This document shows, piece after piece, positions 19,092 through 30,711 of a stretch of DNA of 64,000 bases (its first letter is position 1; each line of letters begins with the position of its first letter). Both the position numbers and the translations under genes were made by a program. The stretch covers positions 273,620-337,619 of the forward strand of contig BDGG01000004.1 of NCBI GenBank assembly GCA_001949185.1, given 5' to 3'. Source of the stretch: Ramazzottius varieornatus. Its lineage: Eukaryota; Animalia; Tardigrada. The notes under the pieces were generated by a model. The model was not told the DNA's origin. It worked only from the letters and a program-made list of their open reading frames with translations, and made no database searches.

Positions 19092-21872
19092 TTACGTTGT
19101 TCGGAAAATGTTAGCCGGCGGACTCACAACGAACAATGAATCGCTACCACCGAGTATGACCATCTGCTTTGTGATGCTGGCAGTCTCCACCAAAACATAA
19201 TCTCGCGATAATTGCACTTCGTAAACGTACTTGACTTTCACACATCTAATTTCGCAGAAATCTTTTTCATTGCGAAGCATTAAATTACCAAACATTAAGG
19301 TTTGCAGGACGGATCCGGTGTCCACTGATAGTATGGCCACTATTTGCTTGACGGCAATGACTTTCCCTGTCCTTTCAAAGACGATGCTTCCATTTCGGCA
19401 GGAAGTCTCGTTGTGTTTCCTTGTTCTTACCGGAATTCCTGCCTCAACCACTGCTCGTTTAAATAGATGAATTTTATCATCCGCCCATATGAAGCCGTGG
19501 TGGTCCGCGTATGCCACAACGGCTTGAGATATCCGCTTGGATGGAATCTTTTTTGAATTACCAATCAGCCGACATATTCCCGAAGGTCCTCTTGCGTAGA
19601 AAATGGACTCCGTCATCCCCATAATAGATCTGGCGGTACGTGTGACCATTTGAGGAACGGATTCATTGCTGACTAGTTCTTCAACCATCACAGCGCATTC
19701 TGCTAGAGTGCGGAAGTGGTTCATTATGCTCTTCGTGGTGTTATTTAGGGCACGAATGCGCCGACCAATTACCTCAATCTCGTTCTCAGGTCCATAGCAG
19801 GAAACGTTCTGGAGAGGCCCATGAATTCTGAGGGAAAGAGCCAGGTGTTGAACCAGGTGAACCGAAAATTTCATTTCCTGTTCTCCGAAATACCGTTCGA
19901 ATTTCCGCAAAAACACGTTGCTCAGTCTGTCAACGATACTGATATCTTTTTCGGAAATGGAGTCTTGCGTGGATAGCCATGCTATTCTACTGGCCAGACA
20001 GAGGATACTGTGGAAGTCTTCCGGGACTATGTCTTTCGTGACGTAAGGTGCGCCATGCTGGATGAAAAATCTTAGCTCGTGGGCTTTCATTTTCTTATAA
20101 TGGGCGATGCTTCTTGTTTTTCTTGACTCGTGACCCGGAACCGCAATACTGAGCCATAAGGTGTCAATCTGTTTTATCTCACTTTTCGTTAGAATCAACA
20201 CCTCCCCACCTTCCACTATCTGCCGCAGGAACCATCGAGACAAGCCTTCATCCAACATGTGCATGACGTCGATGAAAAAGACGTTCACAGCATCCATCGT
20301 CGGCCAGTCGGTAACCAGTGAAGGTCTTCGGAGTCCTTTTGTTCGCCTTTCATCCAGCAGGTACTTTCGGCGTTCGGTCGAGAGGATACCCCACTGCGCA
20401 GTCATGTCGACAAAATCTTGGTGGCTTTTTAATGCTCTTGGTGGCTTTCAATGTGCAATGCTTTCGCCCATTTAAGAAAAATGCATTTAGCATATTGAAT
20501 CAGAATAGATTTTTGGGTTCAGAATATGACGTGCTTTATTTCTTCAGGTCGTGTTACCAACCTGCAGACAGTAGATACATCCCTGGCATGCGGAGTGAGA
20601 CGAATGTCCATTTATGGCGGTGCGTTCCGGTGAATCAGAAAGGAAACCGTGGACGTACCCCGGAGAGTGATGTTCTTCGCCGAACGCATCAATCCAGTGT
20701 ATTGGCAGGAAACGTGTTACTGTTCTCGTCCAGTTCTTGCAGCTGGAGGGTCAGGTTCATCAAGAAACACTCACGATCTTTGGGGAGATCTTCCCCCACC
20801 CACACAGCCGCGAGGTGCTACACACAACGTCGGACCCGAAGCGGCAAATTTAGAATCTGGACGAATATCAGGTACAACTTCTTCTTTGTGCTCTTGCTGA
20901 ATTCTGCACCATCCGCGTGGAAGAGAAAAATTATGTGCGACCTTGGGATGTCCATTTGCTGAAATCGGCTTCCATCGGTGACGTAACGCAAAATTCCAGG
21001 GACACGTTCTTGACGAGGATCCGCCAGCTTACCGTACTTGTGTAGCGCTTCTTCGGCGATATTCCGGATTGGGTCGATTACAAAATGGTTCCCGTCCTTG
21101 TCCACTATTTTTCGCTCCCAGTCAGTATCGCACAAATCACAGTGGTACAGGCAATGTTTTCCTTCACCAACTTCCCGCAAGACGTAACCGCATAGCTCGG
21201 TCTCCCACGTCTCGTTTGTCTTCTTTTTCACCTGGCGCTGGTAGGGGCAGATGTACACTATCTTCTCACAATGGTTTCTTTTGATGTGAAGCAGGCTCTT
21301 CAGTTATCTCGCGCTCTGGGGAAACTTCCTTTGTTTCTTTGGGTCTATTGGGCTCCGTTTCCCATCAATCACCACAGCCATCACTTTTAGAAACTTGCCA
21401 AGCGTAGCGTTCGATATTCCGGTGCTTTTCGCCACATACAGTAACATACTGCAGACTTGGTTCAGCGTCTAGCCGTCATTCGGGTCATCTGATACCATCG
21501 GGACAAGCTCTGGTATATCTACAGAGAAGGAAGAAAGTGTTAGCTAGTGGTCACGATAAACATGAGTCTTGGTGTCAAATAAGTCAATTAATCACTTTTG
21601 ATACCCTCATATGTTCTGTCCATGTCCAGCTGTCCCACGCTGCTGTCTATGGTCGTGTTCACAGCATCATTCCCCTCCTCTTCCTCTCCTTCTTCCGACA
21701 ATTCTTGATCGACATGGGCTGGTGACAGCTGATCAGGATTGCACTCTTTCGATCGCGGTCGCTTGCGACCTGGGCTGCCCCGGTCCGTCCCTAATCGATT
21801 CTTCTGGCGTTTCGCTGCTGCAGCACACTTGGCTTTTAACCTGGAAATTCGGGTATTCTTCTGATACTCCAT
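19092..21872 (-). mobile_element. CACTA/EnSpm (CMC)-type transposase, decayed by stops and frameshifts; element ends not located
   Basis: Motifs FHADGAEFSKS...QILNLP, SDSPERTA...H...GCIYC, FIDVMHMLDEG, KAHELRFF and KFSVHLVQHL...GPLQNVSCYGPENEI are typical of metazoan EnSpm-like transposases. They are split across several frames. Confidence 0.8.
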
Positions 21873-22189
21873 CTTTGGGGGTAAAGGAAACTCAGTTTCT
21901 TAAGAATGACCATAAACCATGTCGATACGGTCAATGACGTAATGCGGGTGTGGTTCTGTTCATTCTGCCTTTTTGCGTTCGTTGAAGTTTCTAGAAGTCA
22001 CGGGTATTTGGACCGTGTGTGTCTAGAGTGGCAATGCCAAGTGTAGAGGGATAGTTTACGCACAGCCATAAAGCAGCGTTCAGTCAGAACAACCTGCAAG
22101 TTGCACATGGTGATGGTCGAAACCAACGGCTAAGTTTTCTTTCCTGGATTTAAATTATTTCATTCCTGTAATCCCCTGCTCACTCTACG

Positions 22190-24023
22190 ATGGATTCTTC
22201 CAATCAGACTCGAAAGCGAAAACGGAGGGACTACAGGACATCGGATCCGGAATCTTCAGCGGTTGTACCGAATTATTTCAAGACAGTGCTCAAAAACACG
22301 CACGATGGTGGATGTATGATTCTTCCCATTATCACCTTCAAACGGTATGACATCTTGCGACAAACGTATTTACTGACTGTTCGTATTTTACAGACTGGGT
22401 TCTTTTCCACTACGACGATGGGAGTTACTACCTTCTGCCACCCACCAGCATCAGTGCGGACATTATTCTGCCGCAGTATCGGTTCATCGACGCTTTCAAA
22501 GGCAAGGAAATTATGGCCGATGGGATGAAAGTTCGTGTCTACTGGGACACTGCTCACCCTGTCGGAAAGGCAACTGTCATTTCTGTGGACACTGACCAAG
22601 CCAGGGTGAACATGCTATTCACCACTCTCGAACAGACCGCAAAAGAGCGGGCGGCAAAGAATAAAGCGGTTTCACTTGAAAGCGGGGACGAGTCAAGGAT
22701 GGAATCTTTCGTCAACGAAGAGAGTGAGACAGAAGGATCGCAGATGTCAAATCGTCTCACTCGTGTCATGTTTCCTGCTGCCCAGTCGACCGAAAGAGAG
22801 GGTGTGAATGAATCCGGAAAAGAAGAGGAAGAACAAATTGATGCGGCTGACTTTGACGACGACACTTACAATATCGATAACGATCCGGACAATCGTAAAC
22901 GTACGGTGGTAGTCAGTTGTTATATTGTTCAGTTCATTCTAATCAAAATTAAGTTTAGGAATTCCAAAATCAAACTCCTGAAAAGAAATCGGATTGGGCG
23001 TCTGGGTAGATTTTATTTCTAAACTGCAGGTGGTGGCTTCGCGGATGTCGATGACGAAGGCGACAGCATAGATGGCTCACGCTCGTTGCACGGTACTGTA
23101 TCCCGAGCGTTATTTTGGTTTGTGCATGGGAGGCGGTCGAACAAGAACAGCGAGGCTATGGACTAAGATTTCTTGACGATTTTGACAGGCGGCGGCACTG
23201 TATCAGCAGATGACACTCCAAGCTACTCCGAAGAAGAGCTAGCGGAGTTCCGAGCGAAACGAGATGAACATCGGAAAGAACTCCAAAGTAACGAAAACCT
23301 ACTACGCATTCCCTTATTTTTATATTCAATTCATCTGGTTAAATTACCATTCACAGAGTTCGAGGCATTACTCAAGAAAACTGGCGAAATAGCTGCAATA
23401 CGGAAGCCGAAGTTAGCAGGTAAGGAAAACGTCGGTTTTCAAAGTGCGATGGTATGGCATCAGATAGCATTCACTAGTTGTTTATAATCGTAGTGCCTTT
23501 TGTCAACTGGTCATTCCTGCCAAAAGATACCAGAGCCGTCGACCGCAGAGTCTTCCAGCGACTGGATATCCATGGGTCAAAGAAATGCGATATCTGGGTG
23601 AAACAGTCACTCTTCAAAGAGGCTGTGAAGAAGGCGAAGGACATGGACAGCTACGCACAGAAGTTGATGTGGAAGGCTCTGATTTCAGAGGAAGAGTTGA
23701 TCGAAGTAGCAAAGCTGAAAATCAAGTGCGTAGGTTTCGCAAAGCTGTTCGGTACGGGCAACTTCGACGCGTTCTACGGTATGAAATCACTCCTCTTTCA
23801 CTCTCCTTTACTTCTCTGCCGATTTCATCTGTCTTCGCAGCTAACTAGTGATTTTTTCTTATAGATCATGTAGTAAAGTATCGGAATTCAAAAGGTCAGC
23901 GCCGATGCCGGCAAGTGGAATAATGAGATGACCACTGCGGGAGAAATGCGAAGGAAGTTCATCAGTTCTTTCGATCGTAAAGTGCATCGCATTCTGAATA
24001 ATACCAGCAGCACTGTCCAGTAA
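22190..24023 (+). CDS. Multi-exon accessory gene divergent from the CACTA transposase (possible DUF4806/BEN-like DNA-binding protein), probably frameshifted in its last exon
   Basis: NLS-like RKRKRR at the N-terminus, beta-rich segment (WVLFHYDDGSYY...KVRVYW), acidic linker and helical C-terminal domain. Several GT-AG introns. Head-to-head with the transposase, about 320 bp apart. Confidence 0.5.
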
Positions 24024-24154
24024 ATTCTGAGCCACGTCGTCGTGTTTAACTTGTTAATGTTGAATCGTCCACTACGTGCAATATTATCTTCCTGTTGATT
24101 TCACGTGTACCAGCGAACGCTACGTTCCAAACCGCCAGTAAAAGCGCACCAACA

Positions 24155-24891
24155 AGCTTCTGCAGTGCTATCTGTCGTTGATTACTCTCGTAGCACAATA
24201 ATCATTGCGTACTATCATTCCCGGCAATGATCATTCCTTGTCGGGAAACTGTACGATGACTTTAGTATGAGCCAATGTCACTCAATATACAGATATCTGT
24301 TCAAGCTTTTGCATTGTAAAAGTCATCCGCCACTTTCGCTTTCGTCAACGTAGATAATTTTGTCTACGTTTAACGAACATTTTTGTTAAGACTAATTCAT
24401 CCACAAAATAGTCCGCTGGAAAATCTAAAATGGCGTCATCCATGAGAGAAGTGATCGATAGGGAACGACGGTCAGTTTTCCAAACATTCGTTCGTGCTGT
24501 CCATTTGCTCCCCTCCGAACACTACACATATTCCTGTTTGTATGAAACGCAAGCAGGTCGATGCACAGGGCAAAGGTACGTGATGAGGTCGTGTTACTCT
24601 AGAGCAGAAAAGATTTCCGTGTGCAGTCCAGTGTAGTCGATCGTTTTGCCTTAGAATTACACGGAACAAAAAAGTCTCTTGTGTACCACAGGTCCAGTTG
24701 ATTTTCGCAAATGTGCTTTCGCCACATCGGACGCCGCCATGGCATGCCAAGACAAGACGGAAGGGGACACAACGTACAGGGAGTGTTATTGTAACAACGA
24801 GGACGGATGCAACGGTGCTTCCCATCAAACCTGGAGCGTCTCACTTATGCTGCGTTCACTACTACTATGCGTAGCTGATAAGCTGAGTTGA
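24155..24891 (+). pseudogene. Ly6/uPAR-like gene with degenerate 5' part
   Basis: The last exon encodes ...ACQDK...RECYCNNEDGCNGA plus hydrophobic tail SVSLMLRSLLLCV. Upstream fragments LQCYL and DICSSFCIVK contain a stop or frameshift. Confidence 0.55.
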
Positions 24892-25582
24892 TTATTGCAG
24901 TCATTCGAATTTTGTCGTTTCGGCTACTGTCCCACTACGGTTGGGCTGTCTGACAGTTACTTCTCGATTGTCAATTTGATTTCGCTTTGGAACGTTTGAC
25001 CTTTCGGGGCGTTTCCCTGGAGGTACATGCCACGTGATCGAGTATGACATTACAGCCATTTGAGTTACTGCAATTGCCGTTCTGTGTTGGATACACATTA
25101 CGGTCATTACCTACCAATACCATATCACAAACTACAGTAGGACATACTGCCTGCTTACGTGAAGTATGCACTATGCACGTATACAGTCACACCTGCAGTT
25201 TCCTTCGTAAATTTCTTTTGGAACCTGTTTGACGTTTGTTTGCACGACATGATGACCGGACGAAGCTCACGGTGTGGAGCAACCCTGGAAAGTGGAGACA
25301 CGTTATGGCTGTAAGAGGGTGAGCACAGCTTGTATAGCCGAAACGACAGCAGCACATTATTCAAACAGCCGTGAAATTCACGTGTTTTCGAACCGCCGAG
25401 TCTGTTTTTCCCGTTGTAGGTGATGACAGTACGGTACAGGACATTCGCCTGTCTCCTTACGGATTAATCTTCTATTTAGAGCTCCAGTATGTGAAAGCCA
25501 TGGATTATCTCTACCCCTAGGGATAATCTTGGAGTGCCTACGTGCAGTAACGTGCTGATCGGCTGTGAATCTGTGATCCACC

Positions 25583-27952
25583 ATGAGCCACTCTTTTCCA
25601 TATTCCCTGCTTCCGCTCCTTTCTTTCCTGGTCTTTCATAAGCCCGTGATTTCTCTCAATAATGGCCTAGGTGAGTAGCACTAAACTATCCATGCGCTTA
25701 CGATTCTTTTACTGTTACGCCAGGTTGGCCATGAATTCGAACTGGATGGACGATGACGACACGCGCGAGTTGATCGAATATTAGTGCGTTGCTTACAGTT
25801 CTGACTCCTCCGATGGGATGGCTGGCCTGGGAACGTTTCCGATGCAACATTGACTGTGAAAATGATCCCGAAAACTGTATCAGGTACTGTAAATCCTAAC
25901 CTTATGGGATACTCGGATCGGAACCAAGGTTTCATTTTATAGTGAGAGATTATTCATGACAATGGCGAAGCGGATCGCCGAGGATGGCTTTAAAGAAGCT
26001 GGATATGAATACATAATTATTGACGGTAAGAAAACTGACAATAGGCACAATCTGATTTTTTTTTGGAAATGCAAATTGTTGTTACATTATTCTTAGATTG
26101 CTGGATGACGACCAAAAGAGACAAGGACCGACGGTTGCAGTCCGACCCGGAGAGGTTCCCGCACGGGATCAAGTACATAGCCGACTACGTGGGTGGACTG
26201 TTCGAGACGAAGAACCCTGGCTGCTTATGACGGTGCTTATTTTAGCTGAAATGATCGTTCCAGGTCCATTCGCTGGGGCTGAAAATGGGGATATATCAGG
26301 ACATAGGGACGAAAACGTGTATAGGATACCCCGGCAGTGAAGGCTTCGAAAAGATCGATGTTGACACTTTTGCGGAGTGGGAAGTCGACTACCTGAAGCT
26401 GGATGGCTGCTTCAAGGACTCCGCCTTATTTGACCGCGGTAGAAGATCGTCTGTCATTTTTTGATATCGCAATAATTGTGTGTAAACGTAGAGAAAAGTG
26501 TGCTCCGTTGAATTGCAGCGTGCGCCATCTATAATTCCACGTCGAACGTCGAGATCGCTCGGCGATTAATTTCCTGTTTCATTCCAGATTATCCGATGGT
26601 CGGAAAACATCTGAACAACACCGGTCGCAAAATTGTCTATTCGTGCAGCTGGCCGGCTTATCAAGTGGAAAAGAAAATGATGGTACGCTTTCAAGAGGGT
26701 ATGATGACTTTATGGAGCTTATCAGCCGGCTATTGTGCTTTTGTACTTTTCTAGACATCAAAACCAATTCGGGAATATTTGTGTAGGTAAACTGGACCGG
26801 TATACGAGAGAATTGTAATCTGTGGCGAAATTACGGGGACATTCAAGACTCCTACGAGTCCATTACGGATATCATCCAATGGTATGCCATCAACCAAGAT
26901 ATGCTTATACCAATCGCCGGACCTGGCGCATGGAACGATCCGGACATGCTCATCATTGGCAACTACGGCTTGTCGTAAGTACGAGACGAAACGACACCGC
27001 ACTTTTCCACGGACTGCTAGACGCATGCTGGACGATTGTTGTAGGTTGGTGCAAGCGAAATCACAGATGGCACTATGGGCCATCATGGCCGCGCCTCTAA
27101 TGATGTCCAATGATCTTCGGAATCTCCGTCCAGAGTTCAAGGAAATACTGCTCAACCGGGACATCATCGAAGTGGACCAAGATGCAATGGGTATTCAAGG
27201 CCGACAGATACTGTCGGCGATGCGGGGCTTTGGCATTGAAGTATGGCGACGCCCAGTTCTGCCGGTGAAAGATGTGGGGAACGAAACGTGGGCTTCTTTC
27301 GCTGTCGGTATGTATCTCGTGAAATGAGCTTGGAAATAAAAAGTAATTTTTTCATTTTTTAAGTGGTGTGGAATCGACGGGTCGATGGCACGCCATTCTA
27401 CTTTCCGCAAAGACTGGGATTTTATGGTCTGACACACGCAAACGGTTACTACGTCAAGGAACTTTTCACGAAGAAGGACTACGGCCTGATGAAAGCTGAC
27501 GATGAGCTGCCACTCTATGTGGAGCCTTCCGGTGGCGTGGTCATGTTCAAAGCAACGCTGGCCGTTGCTGACGGAAGCGTTGACGCACTACGGGTGAGTA
27601 TCGAATCTCCAATGTCGGATGACCATGAAGTGTGGTGTTGTGAGAGGTGGAAAGCCAAATTAATTGGTGTTTCGCGTTTCAGAAGAGGAAAGAAGCGGAG
27701 CTGCTACGTGAAAGATTGCACCCACCGGTGAAGAGTATTCGCGGGCGCAAGTACGACAAATTCCCGGGAATGGCGCCGGGCGCCGACGATCTGGTTTCTG
27801 AAGAGGCTTCGGTGTTCTTCACGCTGTTAAAAGTCGTGTCTGTGATCTTAGTATTACTAGGGGTACTCCGAGTAGCTGGCTTTCGACCGAGCAACTTTGT
27901 TCGACTGGTGAGGCGAGTAACGGCCGTTGCCCGACGAGTTGTAATAGTATAG
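25583..27952 (+). CDS. NAGA: Alpha-N-acetylgalactosaminidase (GH27) with extra C-terminal transmembrane exon
   Basis: Signal peptide, then LNNGL|[35 protein letters not shown] (nucleophile), YSCSWPAY (NAGA-type Ser/Ala rather than GLA-type SCEWPLY), [21 protein letters not shown] and [11 protein letters not shown]. Confidence 0.92.
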
Positions 27953-28000
27953 CGGTCGCTGATGGTTTTTGAATGGTTTCAAATACCGCTAAAGTAACCT

Positions 28001-28869
28001 TCAGGCCTCTGTCAGATCGTCATTGAAATATACATGCAGTGTTGGAATATACACGTCCACATTGATATCCAGTTCTTTCAGTTCACTTTCGTCGTCAGCC
28101 AGCCCATTCTCTTCCAGAGTTTTCTCCATGGTTAGCACTTCACCTTCAAACTTCCACGTGTAGCTTCCCGCATGTCGATTGCTGTCCAAGTACCGAAATA
28201 ATATCTGATCTAACGTCTCTTCTGCGCATACCTATAAGAGGACCAACTAAGTCAATCTTTTGTTTCTACCTCTTCGTATTGTAGACGTACATGCAAAAGG
28301 TCAGGCGTGGCGTTTTCGGGTTCATCAGCAAACAACATGTTGACCACGTAAATCTTGCGCATTTTCTTGGTCAACTTGCCTACTTCCCGCGTCGAGTCAT
28401 TCCACCATTCGGTAGAACGATGACCAGCTTTCGGCATGGCGTAATTGGTCACAGGCTCAAATGGCAGCACATCGGGTATGATACCTTGTGGGAGGAAGTA
28501 TTCGGTCTGACCATCATGGCAGAAGTTGCTGCACTGTCGTAGTTGTAATGGATAACATCTGGGCTTGAACCAATGGGTGAGATTTTGTCCAGCATGTTTG
28601 GCCAAGTTGGCGCGTGCTCTGACTTCGGCTAGTGTCTTCTCTTCGGTAGGAATATCCGTCAGATCAGATACATTGAGGACGTTACCCCCAACGGCAACCC
28701 AGGCATCAGTTGATATATCGCGCAGCGCCATCTCATCTTTCGTGTGAAACTGTGAACGATGAACATGCTCGACTTTGGTAAGATACGAAGGGATGAATTC
28801 ATGGGGAGGGACCGGCGGCAAAAACTCTGAAGGTTCGGTCTGACCTTCGATGCTTGGACCACTGGCCAT
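28001..28869 (-). CDS. CYB5D1: Cytochrome b5 domain-containing protein 1 (two exons)
   Basis: DAWVAVGGNVLNV...AGQNLTHWF, WWND...VGKLTKK, NRHAGSYTWKF, LEENG and the C-terminal YIPTLHVYFNDDLTEA. Confidence 0.88.
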
Positions 28870-29018
28870 TTTGACACATCCTCTGGTACAGTCTGTGGTT
28901 AAGACCAGTCCATCGTTTCCAGTGTGGTTGATTCGAATTGTCGTTTCTTAGCAGCGTTTCCCTTCGGCGACACATAGCAATTTTTGCGGGTTCGATCGTC
29001 GCTCCGCTCAGCGATTGG

Positions 29019-30690
29019 TCATTTGCAATAGCGATGCGCAAGATCTTCAAGACACGTATCGCAACGTGGTAAGCGAAGAGGGGCGCTCTTGTGTTTTCTT
29101 CGAGCTGCTTCGAAGAGCCCAACATGACGGCTTTGTTCATTAACAGCGGCGTTTGTACTCAAACATGACTGATACCGCCACCGTACAGCCTTCGCTCTTC
29201 CTGTACTCCTGTCTAGGCGCCTCTGCGATTTGTCACTCGACACTACCAAGTCGGTCCGCTGGAAATCCATTTTAAGCCAGCAGCTTCCCACTTCCCACCA
29301 CATCATTACTGATATCGCGATGCCAGAGAAAGCCTGGCTGTGATCGCCGAAGCGAGACTGATCTCGTGCCGCAACACGCGGTTGGCCATTGACGTCACTG
29401 ACCCGTACCCGATCTGGCTCCAGCGTGTCCAACACAGGCAGTCTCTCGTGGAGTGCGCCGCGCAGGCTGACGGAGAGTAGATCGAACAGACTATCGATTC
29501 ATCGAGCTGGGATTAAGAGTCTTTGGCATGAACGCACGGATTACCGCGACGGCCTTGACTCGAGCTGTGAAGATCGATGATCGAACATCGCGTTAGCCTA
29601 GCTATCATGGATACATTGGTTTACGTATGCACTGATTACATCTTCACGACTTTCCTCATCTTGAGTTATTGCCAGACCATTAAACACAATTAAGATCCCT
29701 CGTTTCCTGCGAAGCTTTTCCTCGTTAAATTCTGCCAAAATGACAGCACATTTGTCGTAGCTGGCCTTCAACGTAAATATAGCTCCAAGACCACTTTTAA
29801 TCGTTGTGCGGCAGTTCGGAAATTGTAAAACAGTCGGGATCAGTTCTGCTGTTAAGACGTAAATGGTTTGCCGCTGGGCTGTCGAACCACGAGCTTGATT
29901 GTTAGTCTTTGAAATTATCCTCAGATTTCGCGTCAAGAGGCAGCTGAACTCCGTAAATTCGTTCAGAACAACACGTGCCAAGGTCAGCACACCACAGGGT
30001 TTTTTTGACATCGGAACAGCCGTCAAATTGGAGGAGGTCTTTGTGCGATGGTGCAGATCTGTTAGCAAATGTTCCGCACAGTGTGAGCTGACGTGAAGAG
30101 CGGTAGAGTCAGGGACCCGAGAGAACATGCGGTTACGTCACCAACCCATAAACGTACATACATCTCACTCTTCCGCTTCCGTCTGTGTTATACACCAACT
30201 CTTCTCTCTCCAGAGCCCTTCTAGCCTGAATCCTTCCGGCCTTCGCAAAACACATAAACGGCCTCGCAGACAGCCGGCACGGAAAGCAGCAGCAAGAAGC
30301 TGTTCAGTTCCGCTAACAGGGGGTTCCCAGCCGTTAGAGCTATTCAAGCACGGGAATCTCATTTGCACCGTAATTTGTGATAACGCGCTAAGACTGACTT
30401 CTTTTCTTCGACGAAGTTACAATAGTGGATGAGAGTGATAGGTGGCTCAATAAGGAGGAAACATATCCTTGAGTGGCACTCTTCCCAAAACCAATCACGT
30501 CTTTGTAATCGACTGATGCAGTTTCATCAGCGCCGAATGCACTTGAACGTTTCAATTTTCCGTTTGCTCTTGCCTGCGATTTCTGTGCTATTTCTCCAAA
30601 ACTCTTCCGGACTGAAACTATCAGCAATTCGCTCAAGCTACCCATCACAGGAACTGGAAACGAAAGATAATATTTCGACGTATCGTTCAT
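29019..30690 (-). pseudogene. hAT-superfamily transposase relic
   Basis: Collinear minus-strand fragments resemble hAT motifs: FGADETAS (first Asp), HCAEHLL (CxxH) and MWWEV...VSSDKSQRR (dimerisation-domain-like). They are broken by stops and frameshifts. Confidence 0.4.
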
Positions 30691-30711
30691 CCTCTACTAC
30701 AAAACTGAACC

